From a bacterium (GTDB taxonomy: Bacteria; JADJOY01), in NCBI GenBank assembly GCA_046331705.1, contig JAXLQJ010000011.1, forward strand, positions 62,001 through 117,424: a stretch of DNA of 55,424 nt, in the 5' to 3' direction. This document shows, piece after piece, positions 8,114 through 20,439 of the stretch; the first letter of the stretch is position 1; each line of letters begins with the position of its first letter. Below the pieces are notes generated by a model, which was given only the letters and a program-made list of their open reading frames with translations, was not told the origin of the DNA and did not search any database. Made by a program: the position numbers and the translations under genes.

Positions 8114-9910
8114 TCAGAAGAGGACGCCGAGCTGGGGCCGAATGGCGAAGATGTCGTCGCGCGACGGGCCGAAGGTATCGCCGGTGAACAGGTAGCCGCC
8201 CTTGAGCTCCGCCTTGATGTTGGGATGGGGCTGCCACACGATCCCGGCGTCGATCTCGACGCCCAGGAATGCCGGGTGCGACACGATCTCGTTGGTGTCG
8301 TCCTCGTCGTGGACGAAGACCGGCGGGTCGTTGGGGTGGAGCTTGTTGGTCACGATCCGCACCGGGCGATTCAGCCAACCGATCACGCCGCTGGTGAATA
8401 GCGTGAAATGGTCGTCGAGCTGGTACGCGGCGGCGAGCTTGCCGTACGTCGTGTTGATGACCGTGGGGAGCTCGCTCGCGGGATCGATCGGGCCGGCCAC
8501 CTGGTAGAGGACCACCGCGACGTCGAATTCCTGATCGAACGGGAAGGCCTGGAACTTGTGGTGGGTGAGGGCGCCTTCGCCCTTCACGTCGTCCACGGCG
8601 TCCAGGATCTGCTGGTTGAGATCGGAGTTGGCGGCACCCTCGGGCCCCACCCGCGGCTGCGCGAAGTCGTCGCCGGCGTCGGGCGGTGACGAGTAACCGA
8701 CCTCGGTGGTGAGCGTGAGGCCGGATTCCTGGTATCCGCCGCGCACCACGCCGCCCGCCACCAGCACGTCGATGCTCTCGTGCAGGAAGATCGGGATGCC
8801 GGCCTTGGCGCCGTCCCGCGCGATGGCCAGCGCGGCGTCGGTCGAGAAGCCGGTATCGAGCAGCGAAGACGCGACGAACGTCTGGAGGAACTCGGGAAAG
8901 CCGTTTCGCGCGTAGTTCTGGGCATCCGCGAGCGACAAGCTGCCGTTGAGCGAATCGTAGAAGTCCTCGGACAGGCTCTCGACCAGATCGTCCTCGAGGG
9001 TGTCCTTGTCCTTGCCCGGGATCAGCCCGCCGCGCTGCACCTTGCCGACGCCGAACACCCCTTCGCCTTCCACGAAGAAGGGGCCGGAGGCGAAGTGCGC
9101 GTAGCCGTCGAAGATCACGGCGTCGCCGTCCCATTGTCCGCCCGTCACCCAGACCGTGTAGGTGCCGATCTCGCGGTCGCCGACGATCCGCCGAGGAGTG
9201 ACGCTGCCGTCGGTGAGCAGCGTCGCCAGCACGAACTGGCGCACGTCGTCGGCGGCGCGATCGACCGAGTTCTCGCTCGCCTGGTCGGCAGCCACCGAGA
9301 CGATCCAGTGATCGTTCTCCCAGCCGAGCGGCTTGCCGAGATCCGTCACGAACTGCGCCCGGTCGACGGTGTCGCCGCCCGCGTTCGCACCATTGCCCTC
9401 GATGCCGAACTCGAGGTCGGTCGCCGAGTTCGCGAGGATGCCGAGGCCCCAGTTGGAGGGCTGCCGGCCCAGGCGCAAGAGCCCCACCGGCGTGGCGATC
9501 TCGGCCCACAGCCGCTGGATCTGGACGTCGTCGGCCTCGTCGACGCTCAGGGCGTCGCCGATCGAGAAGCTCGACGTGCCCTTGGCGAGGCCGGTCAGGA
9601 TCGACGCCCCCGCCTCGTTGTTGCCGAACAGCACGTCTTGCAGGAAATCGACACGGCCCTTGAGCGTGATCCAATCGCCCAAGGTGAGCTGAGGATCGAT
9701 CACCATGCGTTGATCGAAGTACTCGAAGGTCTGTCCGCCCGGCATCCGATCCACGGCCACGCCGTCGTAGTAGTGGTACCGGCCGCGCCACCAGCCGGTC
9801 ATCTGGAGCTCCGGCTCGACGGCCCGTGCCTCCAGCGCGATGGCCGCCCAGCCGAGCAGCGCGGGCACGACGGAACGCAGGATTCGGATAGCTCGACGGT
9901 TACGCGTCAC
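8114..9910 (-). CDS. Outer-membrane beta-barrel protein (TIGR04551/alginate-export-like)
   Basis: Signal peptide; RLWAEIATPVGLLRLGRQPSNWGLGILAN...VDR motif; C-terminal Phe (RPQLGVLF). Confidence 0.75.
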   Translation of the reverse strand: MTRNRRAIRILRSVVPALLGWAAIALEARAVEPELQMTGWWRGRYHYYDGVAVDRMPGGQTFEYFDQRMVIDPQLTLGDWITLKGRVDFLQDVLFGNNEAGASILTGLAKGTSSFSIGDALSVDEADDVQIQRLWAEIATPVGLLRLGRQPSNWGLGILANSATDLEFGIEGNGANAGGDTVDRAQFVTDLGKPLGWENDHWIVSVAADQASENSVDRAADDVRQFVLATLLTDGSVTPRRIVGDREIGTYTVWVTGGQWDGDAVIFDGYAHFASGPFFVEGEGVFGVGKVQRGGLIPGKDKDTLEDDLVESLSEDFYDSLNGSLSLADAQNYARNGFPEFLQTFVASSLLDTGFSTDAALAIARDGAKAGIPIFLHESIDVLVAGGVVRGGYQESGLTLTTEVGYSSPPDAGDDFAQPRVGPEGAANSDLNQQILDAVDDVKGEGALTHHKFQAFPFDQEFDVAVVLYQVAGPIDPASELPTVINTTYGKLAAAYQLDDHFTLFTSGVIGWLNRPVRIVTNKLHPNDPPVFVHDEDDTNEIVSHPAFLGVEIDAGIVWQPHPNIKAELKGGYLFTGDTFGPSRDDIFAIRPQLGVLF

Positions 9911-9962
9911 GCAACGCCTCGTCGCCTCGGATGGGCATTCACGGACGGGGCTCGCGGCCGCG

Positions 9963-12635
9963 TCACGGCTCGACGCTCACCGCGCGAAAAACCACGCTGC
10001 CCGAGTTGCCGAAATCGTCTTCGACGTCGAGGGCCACGTCGTAGGAGCCAGCATCGAGCGGCGAGGGTAGGGCTCCGTTCCCGTCGGAGTCAAGCGTGCC
10101 TGCGAGCGTTCGCGCGTCGCCTTCCGGGGTGGTCAGCGTGGCCCGGAAAGAGAGCCGAGCGGGCCGTTCGGGAAGCGCACGGTAGGCCTCGGCGCGGTTC
10201 GGGCTCGGCGCCGTCGCCACCTCGGGATAGCGGCTGGCGACGGAGAGGCCGCTCGGCCTGAGCGTCACGCTGGCGATCGTGATCGCGGTCGTCGCCCGCA
10301 CCTCGAACGGTTCGCTCTCCAGCTCGTAGGGCGTGCCGTTCCAGTAGGGGATGTCGTCGTTCGGCGGCGTACCGTCGTAGTTGAGTCCCTGGACGCGGAT
10401 CCGGAACGTGCCGACCGCGTCGTGCTCCGTGATCTCCCAATGCAGCGACCAGAGGTGCGGGTTCGCGGGATCGGTCTCGTCGAAGTCGTAGACCAGGATG
10501 GTCTCGTAGCCGTTCTCGTCCAGCGCTCGGCCCCCCGGCAGGCGAAGCGGCGCCCAGCTGCCGTCCTCGGCGCGCTGCTCGACCACCACGTGCGGCGTGT
10601 CGACGATCGGATCGCCGCCCAGGAAGCGGATCAGCACGGTGCCGAAGCGCGCGGTGTCGGTGGGCTGCGCAACGATCCGTAGCGCTGGCGAGCGCGATGG
10701 CTGCGGCGGGACGTACGGCACGGGGTCGGTCGAGGGGATCGCGGGGCCGGGGTCCACCGCCTGGTCGTTCCACACCAGCTTGGCGAGCATCAGCTCCTGG
10801 CCGCGCACGTACTCGCCCCACAGCGGTCCCCACGGGTTGATCTGGATCTCCCGCGAGCCACCCAGCACCCAGTCCTCCGGATTGAGGATGTAGCCGTTGT
10901 GATCGGTCGTGTAGCCGAGGACGATCGCGTCGTCGAAGGTCACGCCTGGCAACGCGATGGCGAGCTTGCGACGGGTCTCGAAGCTCCACGGCGTGGTGGG
11001 CTCGCCGGGCGCGCCGAGCAGCACCAGGTCGCGCGTCGCCGCGGGCCCCGCGCCCGCGGTGGTGACGGGCACGCCCTCGAGCGTGAACAGCCCCGCCTTG
11101 GCGTAGAAGAGGAAGCCCGGCTCGGTGTACGGGCCTCGTTCCGGGTTGATGCCGACCACGATGTCCCGAAGCAGATCGTCGGTGGACGCATTCGCCTGGA
11201 AATCGTCGGTGAGCAGCCCGAACAAGAGCCCCGCCAGCGTGTTCTGGAGCAGCTTCACGCCGTAGGTCGCCGGTCGCGACAGGCATTGGAAAGGCGTGAG
11301 CACGCCGGGGATCTGCGGGATCCCCGGAATCACGTTGGTGAGATCGGAGATGATCCCGCAACCGATCGCTCCGAACGGCGCGTCGAACTCGGGATAGGGA
11401 TGGCCGGGTGCGTCGTAGCCGAGCAGCTGGCGGTCCTCGCGGAAGGTGAAGACCGCGGAGCGTATGCGCGTCGGCGCGCCGGTGGTGTGGATCGAGTCGA
11501 AGAGCTTGGCGATCACCGGGGCCGCCGCGTTGGCGATCGTCTCCATGCCCTGGAAGTTCTTGTTCTGGCGCGTCGCCTCGAAGCCGATGAGCGCCTCGGC
11601 GGGCTGGATGTCGCCCGTCGACCCCTGCACGTGGACCACCGGGATCCCCAGGCGCTCGCGCGTCTTGGTCTCGACCATGCCGATCACGTCGGTCGAGTAG
11701 AAGAGATTCTTCTGGGTGAGGGCGGTGCCGTGGATCGGGAAGTTGACCAGCGCCAGCTTGGGCGTGCCGTCCGCGCGGTCGAAGCGCATCACGATCAGAC
11801 GGTGATCCTTGATCCGTCCGTCGGGCTTGCCGTCCGGCAGCAGCTCGCCGGTGGCGGGGTCGGCGCGGCTCGGATCGGAGTTGTCGACGAGGTCGTTGTC
11901 GTCGTTCTCGAAGCGCCGGTCGTGGAACATGAAGTCGGCGCGATCGAAGTCGAGATCGAAGCCGACCCCCATCGTCGCGGGCTCGCGATCGCGCATCGCG
12001 CGCACCACCGACGAGGCGATCGCGCGCGTGATGCGGGTGAAGATCTCGGGGTTGAACGAGTCCAGACCTCCGAAGCTCTGGAAGATGAGGTTGTCCCAGA
12101 ACCGACCGCCGGACGCGTGGGTGTGGCTCGCGGACAGGAAGAACCGCCCGTTGAGGTCGACGCCGGTGCGCGCGCGGACCAGCCGCAGCACCTCGTCGCT
12201 GAGCACGTTGGGCGGCGCGATCATGTCGATCCGCGCCAGCACGATCGTCTGCTCTTCGTCGTCGCCGACCCGCGTCAGCGCGATGGTGCGAGCGAGTGGC
12301 GGCGTGTGGATGCCGATCGAGGGCGGGATCAGGAACGAGTAGGGGCGCGGACGCTTGTCGCCTTCCGGTGGCGAGGGAGCGCCGCCGGAGATCGCGCCGA
12401 CGAATCCTTCGTAGCGCCCGGCGTACCCGGCGAGTCCCACGCCCACCGGGAACGGGATGCGCTCCTCCGCGTAGCCGACGTGGAAACCGGCTGGGAGCGC
12501 GGGCAGCGGCTCGACGCTCGGCGCGGACGCGTGGCGTGATCCATTGCAGCCGAGCGCCGCGGTGAGAGCGCTCAGCAGCGCCAAACCCCACGCGACGCCG
12601 CGCGGGCCGCGTGGGGTGGGGTGGACGGGAGACAT
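9963..12635 (-). CDS. Neutral/alkaline ceramidase-like lipoprotein
   Basis: Lipobox ALGC; LAGY, SASHTHASG, IHGT, PGEPTT and GY..D..GY motifs; Ig-like C-terminal domains. Confidence 0.8.
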   Translation of the reverse strand: MSPVHPTPRGPRGVAWGLALLSALTAALGCNGSRHASAPSVEPLPALPAGFHVGYAEERIPFPVGVGLAGYAGRYEGFVGAISGGAPSPPEGDKRPRPYSFLIPPSIGIHTPPLARTIALTRVGDDEEQTIVLARIDMIAPPNVLSDEVLRLVRARTGVDLNGRFFLSASHTHASGGRFWDNLIFQSFGGLDSFNPEIFTRITRAIASSVVRAMRDREPATMGVGFDLDFDRADFMFHDRRFENDDNDLVDNSDPSRADPATGELLPDGKPDGRIKDHRLIVMRFDRADGTPKLALVNFPIHGTALTQKNLFYSTDVIGMVETKTRERLGIPVVHVQGSTGDIQPAEALIGFEATRQNKNFQGMETIANAAAPVIAKLFDSIHTTGAPTRIRSAVFTFREDRQLLGYDAPGHPYPEFDAPFGAIGCGIISDLTNVIPGIPQIPGVLTPFQCLSRPATYGVKLLQNTLAGLLFGLLTDDFQANASTDDLLRDIVVGINPERGPYTEPGFLFYAKAGLFTLEGVPVTTAGAGPAATRDLVLLGAPGEPTTPWSFETRRKLAIALPGVTFDDAIVLGYTTDHNGYILNPEDWVLGGSREIQINPWGPLWGEYVRGQELMLAKLVWNDQAVDPGPAIPSTDPVPYVPPQPSRSPALRIVAQPTDTARFGTVLIRFLGGDPIVDTPHVVVEQRAEDGSWAPLRLPGGRALDENGYETILVYDFDETDPANPHLWSLHWEITEHDAVGTFRIRVQGLNYDGTPPNDDIPYWNGTPYELESEPFEVRATTAITIASVTLRPSGLSVASRYPEVATAPSPNRAEAYRALPERPARLSFRATLTTPEGDARTLAGTLDSDGNGALPSPLDAGSYDVALDVEDDFGNSGSVVFRAVSVEP

Positions 12636-12705
12636 GTCGGAAGTCGTGTGCCGCCGGTCCCCGTCCATGGACGCGCGAGACCTCAAGCTCGGAGCGCGAG
12701 CGCGC

Positions 12706-13350
12706 TCAGAGCTGCTTGAACGCGAGATACGGGGTCACGTGCTCGAGCTGCTCCTTCTGGCGCTTGGCGCGGTCCTGGACCGTGGTCGTGGGCGGGACGA
12801 TGACCTTGTCGCCCTTCTTCCAGTTGACGGGCGTGGCGACGCCCTTCGACGTCGCGGTCTGCAGACTGTCCACCAGCCGGACGATCTCGTCGACGTTTCG
12901 CCCGTTGGCGAGCGGGTAGTAGATGAGCGCGCGCACCGTGCGATCCGGGTCGATCACGAACACCGCGCGCACCGTCACCGTGGCGCTCTCGCCCGGATGG
13001 ATCATGCCGAAGAGCTGCGCGACCTTGGTGTCGAGGTCGGCGATCATCGGGTACGTGATCTCGACGCCGAGCTTCTCGCGGATGCTCTCGAGCCACGCCA
13101 GGTGGCTGTGGATCGAGTCGATCGAGAGACCGATCAGCTTGACGCCGCGCTCGTCGAACTCCTTCTGACGGCGCGCGAACTCGCTCAGCTCGGTGGTGCA
13201 CACCGGCGTGAAGTCGGCGGGATGGGAGAAGAGCACCACCCATTTCCCGTCCTGCCATTCCGAGAACTTGATGGGACCCTGGGTGGTGTTGGCCTGGAAA
13301 TCGGGCGCCTTGTCACCGATGCGGGGAATGCCCGTCGTGCCGTCAGCCAT
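12706..13350 (-). CDS. 1-Cys peroxiredoxin (Prx6 subfamily)
   Basis: FSHPADFTPVCTTE...YYP..NGRNVDEI.R...ATPVNW; GGAGG SD upstream of ATG 13350. Confidence 0.96.
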   Translation of the reverse strand: MADGTTGIPRIGDKAPDFQANTTQGPIKFSEWQDGKWVVLFSHPADFTPVCTTELSEFARRQKEFDERGVKLIGLSIDSIHSHLAWLESIREKLGVEITYPMIADLDTKVAQLFGMIHPGESATVTVRAVFVIDPDRTVRALIYYPLANGRNVDEIVRLVDSLQTATSKGVATPVNWKKGDKVIVPPTTTVQDRAKRQKEQLEHVTPYLAFKQL

Positions 13351-13459
13351 CGTCCTGCCTCCTTCTTGTGCACTCGCTGCCGCGAGATTGAGCGCCTGGC
13401 ACGCAGCCCAGCGCGTTCGCGAGGGACGACCGCGGTCGCGCCACGCGAACGGCTTCCAG

Positions 13460-13488
13460 GTTCTAGGACTCGGGCGCGGGCCTGTCAA
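13460..13488 (-). promoter_or_regulatory. Putative sigma70 promoter for the peroxiredoxin
   Basis: Minus strand TTGACA-N17-TAGAAC. Confidence 0.55.
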
Positions 13489-13729
13489 CCGCGCGCGCGT
13501 GCGCTCGGAGGTCGCCTCGCGCCTCGCGCGAGCGCGAAAGATCGAGTGACGGCGCGCAGATGGAGCTCGCGCCGTTGGCGAGCGCACCCGCTCGGCACGG
13601 TCGCCGGCGCGCGCCGGCACGCCGCGCACGCACGCGCCGCCGCAACCGAGTGGAAGCGGGTACGGGCCTTGCTACGTCGGGGCTCGATTGCTGCGCGTCG
13701 ATGCCCATGCCGATGCGCGAGCGTTGCCC

Positions 13730-15491
13730 ATGGCCGCCGAAGACGCGCTCACCTCCACCGATCGGTTGCTCTCCGCCAACGCGGAGCGCACCGAGAAGCT
13801 GCGCAGTCAGCTGCGACGCCTGGGCGTGCTCTACAACGTGACCCGGGTGGTCACGCAAGCACCGGCGCCGGACGAGGCGCTGCAGGCGATTCTCGACGAG
13901 GTGATGACGGCGACCGGCGCAACCAGCGGCTCGATCGCGCTCATCGATCCACAATCCGGTGATCTGGAGGTTCAGGTCCATCGCGGCTTCGCGAGCCGCA
14001 AGATCGAGCGCTGCGTCCTTCATCCCGGCGAGGGCATCACCGGTTGGGTGGCGCTGGAAGGGCGCTCGGCGCTCGTGCCCGACGTCCGCGCCGAGCGTCG
14101 CTACGTGCGCATCGACGCGCGCGTTCGCTGCGAGCTGGCGGTGCCCATCCGGGACGGCGAGCACGTCCTCGGCGTGATCAACGTCGATCACACCCGGGTG
14201 GGTGCGTTCGACCAGCGCGATCTCGAGATGCTGGAAGCGGTCGCCACCCAGGCGGCGGGAGTGCTGCGCGTGGCGCGGCTGATCCGCACCCTCGAGTCGC
14301 GCACGCGCGCGCTCGAGCAGATCGCGGCGGTGGGGCGCAGCCTCGTCGAGACCCTCGAGCCGCGCGACGTGTTCCATCGCATCGCCGTCGCGGCGCGCGA
14401 GCTGCTGGGAGCGCGCCTGGCGAGCCTCTACCTGCTGAACGAATCCGGCGATGCGCTGGAGCACGCGTCGTCCGACGGCCCGCGCTGGCTCGCGCACGAG
14501 AAGCCCGTGCCGGTGGCCGGAAGCCGGCTCGGCGAGGTGGTCCAGACCGGCATCCCGGTGCGCGTGCGCAACGTCGCCGAGGACGCGCTCTTTCGCGCCA
14601 AGGAGCAGGCGCGGCAGGCGGGGTTGGTGTCGATGCTCGCGGTGCCCGTGCTCGATCGGGAGCGCGGCCTCGGGGTGCTCGCGGTCTACACCGAGCGCGA
14701 GCGCGGCTTCGAGGACGAGGATCAGAGCCTGCTCGCGGCGCTCGCGACGCAAGCGGCGATCGCCATCCGCGCCGCGCACATGCACGAGGGCCGGCTGCGC
14801 GCGCAGGAAGAGCGCAGTCGCCAGGAGCGGCTGGTGCTGCTCGGCGTGCTGGCGGCCGAGGTGGCGCACGAGGTGCGCAATCCGCTCTCGGTGATGAGCC
14901 TGCTCGTGCACAGCCTGCGCACCTCGCTCGCCGAGGGGGATCCGCGCATCGAGGACGTGCGGGTCTTGAAGGAGAAGATCGCGCACCTCGACCAGCTCAC
15001 CGGGCGCATCCTCGGGATGGCGCGCTCGCGCCCCACCGAGGTGGAGGTGCATTCGCTGGGCGAGCTCGCGCAGGGAGTGGTGGAGTTCGTCCGCCCGCGG
15101 CTCGAGCGCCACGGGATTCGCATCTCGCTCGAGATCGCCGACGATGTGCCGCCCGCTCGCGTGGTGCGCGCCGAGATGGAGCAGGCGCTGCTCAATCTGC
15201 TGCTCAACGCCGAGCAGGCGATGCCGGCGGGCGGGCGGCTCGCGGTGCGCGTCCACGGACGTCATCCCAAGGACGGCGCGCCGATGGTGGTGATCTCCGT
15301 GGCCGACAGCGGTGTGGGCATCGACCCCGCCACGCGGGTGCGGATTCTGGAGCCTTTCTTCACGACCCGCGACGGAGGCACCGGCCTGGGGCTCTCCGTC
15401 GTCCATCGGATCGTGGCTACTCACGGGGGGACCCTGCGCGTTCGCTCCAAGCTCGGCAAAGGGTCCACGTTCGCGATCGAGGTGCCGGCCC

Positions 15492-15502
<11 letters not shown>
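13730..15502 (+). CDS. Cytoplasmic GAF-GAF sensor histidine kinase (NtrB-like role)
   Basis: Two GAF domains (GEGITGWVA...ELAVPI; SMLAVPV), H-box AHEVRNPL, N-box NLLLNA, DSGVGI, PFFTT, GTGLGL; no TM helix. Confidence 0.93.
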
Positions 15503-16904
<1,402 letters not shown>

Positions 16905-17028
16905 GCGATGGCGCCGGAGAGCCGCGGATGGCGCCCGGGCGCCGATCGCTTCGTTCCCGACAGCGGCGCAATCGTGACGCCCCGCGTCTTTGCTGCGAAA
17001 AAACCGGCGTCACGGAGATCGCAGGCGA

Positions 17029-17042
17029 GGCACGGGGTTTGC
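17029..17042 (+). promoter_or_regulatory. Sigma54 -24/-12 promoter
   Basis: GGCACGGGGTTTGC (GG-N10-GC) upstream of ATG 17129. Confidence 0.8.
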
Positions 17043-17128
17043 CTAGACGATGCATGCGGCTTCGAGATTTCGGGGCCTTCACACGACGTCGAAACATCCA
17101 CAACCCGACGAAGGAGGGGAGTCGAGCC

Positions 17129-17983
17129 ATGAAGCGTATCGAAATCGAGGGACGTCAGCGCGGACGTCGACGGTTGCGCACCACCTTTCTCGCGGCGGCC
17201 ATCACGGCTTGTGGGATCGCGATGCCCGACGCGTCGAACGCGACGCCGTCGACGACCTACTGGTCGCCTGCGACGACGTACATCCAGCCGTTCGGTGTCC
17301 TGCACATCACGTACGACACGTATTTTCGCGAGAACGCGCTCTACCCGATCGATACCGGGCTCGAGGTCGGAATCCTGCCCTTCGACAAGCTGCAGATGGA
17401 AGTGGGCTTCGATTTCTTCATGCCCATCAACAAATCCGCAGGTGACCCATACGACTTCCCGATCGTGTTCAATGCCAAGGTCGGTGCTCCCGACAACGCC
17501 TACTTCGACGGCAGCCCGGCCTGGTCGTTCGGGTTCTTCGGGCTCGGACTCGAGCACGACGTCACCGATCAGAACGCCCTTCACTTCGAGATCTCGCGGA
17601 CGTTCGAATCGTTCGGTACGCCGACCATCGGCCTCTACTACGGCACCAACGAGGATCTCTTCAAATCGCACACGGGCGACACGGAACCGCTCGGCTTCAT
17701 GGCCGCCTACACCTCGCCCAACATCGACACCAAGGACGTGATTCCCGGGCTCGACCATCTCAACCTGACCTGGGACATCCAGAGCGGCCGCAACGCCCTG
17801 GGCGCAACCGGCGCCGGGATCGTCGCGTACTTCACTCCGGCGATCGATCTCATCACCGGCCCGGTGTGGTTCTTCGACAACGACGTACAGCCCGGCGCGG
17901 ACCCGTGGATGTGGACGGTGCAGGTCGACATCGACATCGACGTGTTCTCGAAGCTGAAGGGCGAAGCTCCCGCGGCCGAATGA
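17129..17983 (+). CDS. Exported protein of unknown function, probable outer-membrane beta-barrel
   Basis: AAGGAGG SD; signal peptide ending SNA|TPST; alternating aromatic/Gly beta-strands; C-terminal strand WTVQVDIDI. Confidence 0.75.
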   Translation: MKRIEIEGRQRGRRRLRTTFLAAAITACGIAMPDASNATPSTTYWSPATTYIQPFGVLHITYDTYFRENALYPIDTGLEVGILPFDKLQMEVGFDFFMPINKSAGDPYDFPIVFNAKVGAPDNAYFDGSPAWSFGFFGLGLEHDVTDQNALHFEISRTFESFGTPTIGLYYGTNEDLFKSHTGDTEPLGFMAAYTSPNIDTKDVIPGLDHLNLTWDIQSGRNALGATGAGIVAYFTPAIDLITGPVWFFDNDVQPGADPWMWTVQVDIDIDVFSKLKGEAPAAE

Positions 17984-18019
17984 TCGGCTGACGAGCGCAT
18001 CCCTCGATCTCGTTTCTTC

Positions 18020-18064
18020 ACCGCGGCGCCGGCCCGAGTGGGTCGGCGCCGCGGTTTTTCTTTT
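18020..18064 (+). terminator. Intrinsic terminator
   Basis: 16-bp stem ACCGCGGCGCCGGCCC-GAGT-GGGTCGGCGCCGCGGT followed by TTTTCTTTT. Confidence 0.85.
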
Positions 18065-18235
18065 CTAGAAACGGTTGCGCGTCGAGTGCCGCCGCTCGCA
18101 CGCTCGCTCGTCCCGGTCTCACCACTCGCGGTTCTCGCGACTCGATTGGTGCCTGGCGACCAACCTTGGTCCCCGAGACGCATGCGCGCCAGCGCTCGTT
18201 CGATGCGCCCATCGCGCCCGCTGCGAGATCGCTGA

Positions 18236-18658
<423 letters not shown>

Positions 18659-18711
18659 ACCACGAGCAGTCGGGCGACTCTTCGAGGGAGTCGATCGGCG
18701 GAGGAGCGGCA

Positions 18712-20418
18712 ATGAAGAAGAGGGTGGTGACGAGGTGGATGTTGTGCGGGCTGCTCGCGGTGACGGTGATCGCGACGCACTCCGTGTCGGCGCATGCCCA
18801 GGAGCCGGCGGCGGCCCCCGCTGCGGAAGCTGCGGCGGCGCCGGCGCTGCCCGCGTACTTCTCTGGAGCGAACGCGGACCCCGCCAAGCCGAGCTGGCCG
18901 GATCCGACGGGCGCCGCCGCGGGCGTGTGGGCGACACCGGCTGGCGACGCCAAGGGCGATGCGCCGGCGGGCTTGTCGCTCACGGATCTCTACGATCGCG
19001 TGGCCCACAACCTGTTCTCCATCAACATGGTGTGGGTGATGGTGACGGGCTTCATGGTCATGTTCATGCAGGCCGGGTTCATGTACGTCGAGACGGGGTT
19101 GTGCCGCGCGAAGAACGCCGCGCACACCTCGGCGATGAACCTGATGATCTATCCGCTCGGCTGCCTCGCGTTCTGGGCCTACGGCTTCGCCATCGGCTGG
19201 GGCAACTGGTTCAACGGGCCGGTGGCGCCCGGTTGGTACTCGTCGCTCGGACCTGGCACGTCGGTGCTCAATGGCGGCATCGGGCTGGGCGCCACGGGCA
19301 CGGGAGCCTTCAAGTACGGCTTGCTCGGCACGAAAGGTTTCTTTCTCGGCTCGTCCGTTGGGGACGTGAGCGTCCTGGCGCTCTTCTTCTTCATGATGGT
19401 GTTCATGGACACCACGGCGACCATCCCAACCGGTGCCATGGCCGAGCGCTGGTCGTGGAAGAACTTCACGCTCTTCGGCTTGTGGGTCGCGTTGCCGTAT
19501 TGCATCTACGCCAACTGGGTGTGGGGCGGTGGCTGGCTGGCTCAGTCGGGACTCAACTGGAGCTTCGGGCACGGCGCCGTCGACTTCGCTGGATCGGGGG
19601 TCGTCCACGCGATGGGTGGCTTCATCGGGCTCGCGGGTGCCATCGTGATCGGCCCACGCATCGGCAAGTTCGTCAACGGCAAGCCGCAGGCGATTCCTGC
19701 GCACGACATCCCCGCGGTGGTGCTGGGCACGTTCATCCTGGCGTTCGGCTGGTTCGGCTTCAATCCAGGCTCGACGCTCTCGGGTACGGACCTGCGCGTC
19801 AGTTACGTGGTGGTCAACACCATGCTCGCGGGCATCATGGGCGCGTTGACGTCGATGCTCACGTTGCAGGCGAAGGGCCTCAAGCCCGATCCGTCCATGA
19901 TGTGCAACGGGATGCTCGCTGGTCTGGTGGCCATCACGGCGCCGTGCGCGTTCGTGGACCCCTGGGCGGCGGCGGTCATCGGCGGCATCGCGGGCGTGCT
20001 CGTCGTCTTCAGCGTGTTCTTCTGGGAGAATCGCGGTATCGACGATCCGGTCGGCGCGATCTCCGTGCACGGCATCAACGGCCTGTGGGGCGTGATCTCG
20101 GTGGGCATCTTCGCCACGGGTCAGTACGGTGCGGGCTGGAACGGCGTGGTGCGTCCGGAGATGGTCGAGAAGTACGGTTCCGACGGCGTCCGCGGGCTGC
20201 TCTACGGTGACATCTCGCAACTCTGGGCGCAGCTGCTCGACGCTGCGGTGGTCGCCGTGTTCGGGTTCGTCATGGCGTACGTGTGGTTCAAGCTGAGCGA
20301 CAAGATCACTCCGATTCGCGTCTCGAAGGAGACCGAGCTCGCGGGCCTGGACGGCCCGGAGATGGGCGCCTTGGCCTATCCGGACTTCCCGATTCACAGC
20401 GGTCCGCGTTTCGGCTGA
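18712..20418 (+). CDS. amtB: Ammonium transporter
   Basis: GAMAER, VWGGGWL, DFAGSGVVH, GPRIGKF, WFGFNPGS, DDPVGAISVHG; twin His intact. Confidence 0.97.
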   Translation: MKKRVVTRWMLCGLLAVTVIATHSVSAHAQEPAAAPAAEAAAAPALPAYFSGANADPAKPSWPDPTGAAAGVWATPAGDAKGDAPAGLSLTDLYDRVAHNLFSINMVWVMVTGFMVMFMQAGFMYVETGLCRAKNAAHTSAMNLMIYPLGCLAFWAYGFAIGWGNWFNGPVAPGWYSSLGPGTSVLNGGIGLGATGTGAFKYGLLGTKGFFLGSSVGDVSVLALFFFMMVFMDTTATIPTGAMAERWSWKNFTLFGLWVALPYCIYANWVWGGGWLAQSGLNWSFGHGAVDFAGSGVVHAMGGFIGLAGAIVIGPRIGKFVNGKPQAIPAHDIPAVVLGTFILAFGWFGFNPGSTLSGTDLRVSYVVVNTMLAGIMGALTSMLTLQAKGLKPDPSMMCNGMLAGLVAITAPCAFVDPWAAAVIGGIAGVLVVFSVFFWENRGIDDPVGAISVHGINGLWGVISVGIFATGQYGAGWNGVVRPEMVEKYGSDGVRGLLYGDISQLWAQLLDAAVVAVFGFVMAYVWFKLSDKITPIRVSKETELAGLDGPEMGALAYPDFPIHSGPRFG

Positions 20419-20439
20419 GCGCCGCGCGCGATCCTCTCC

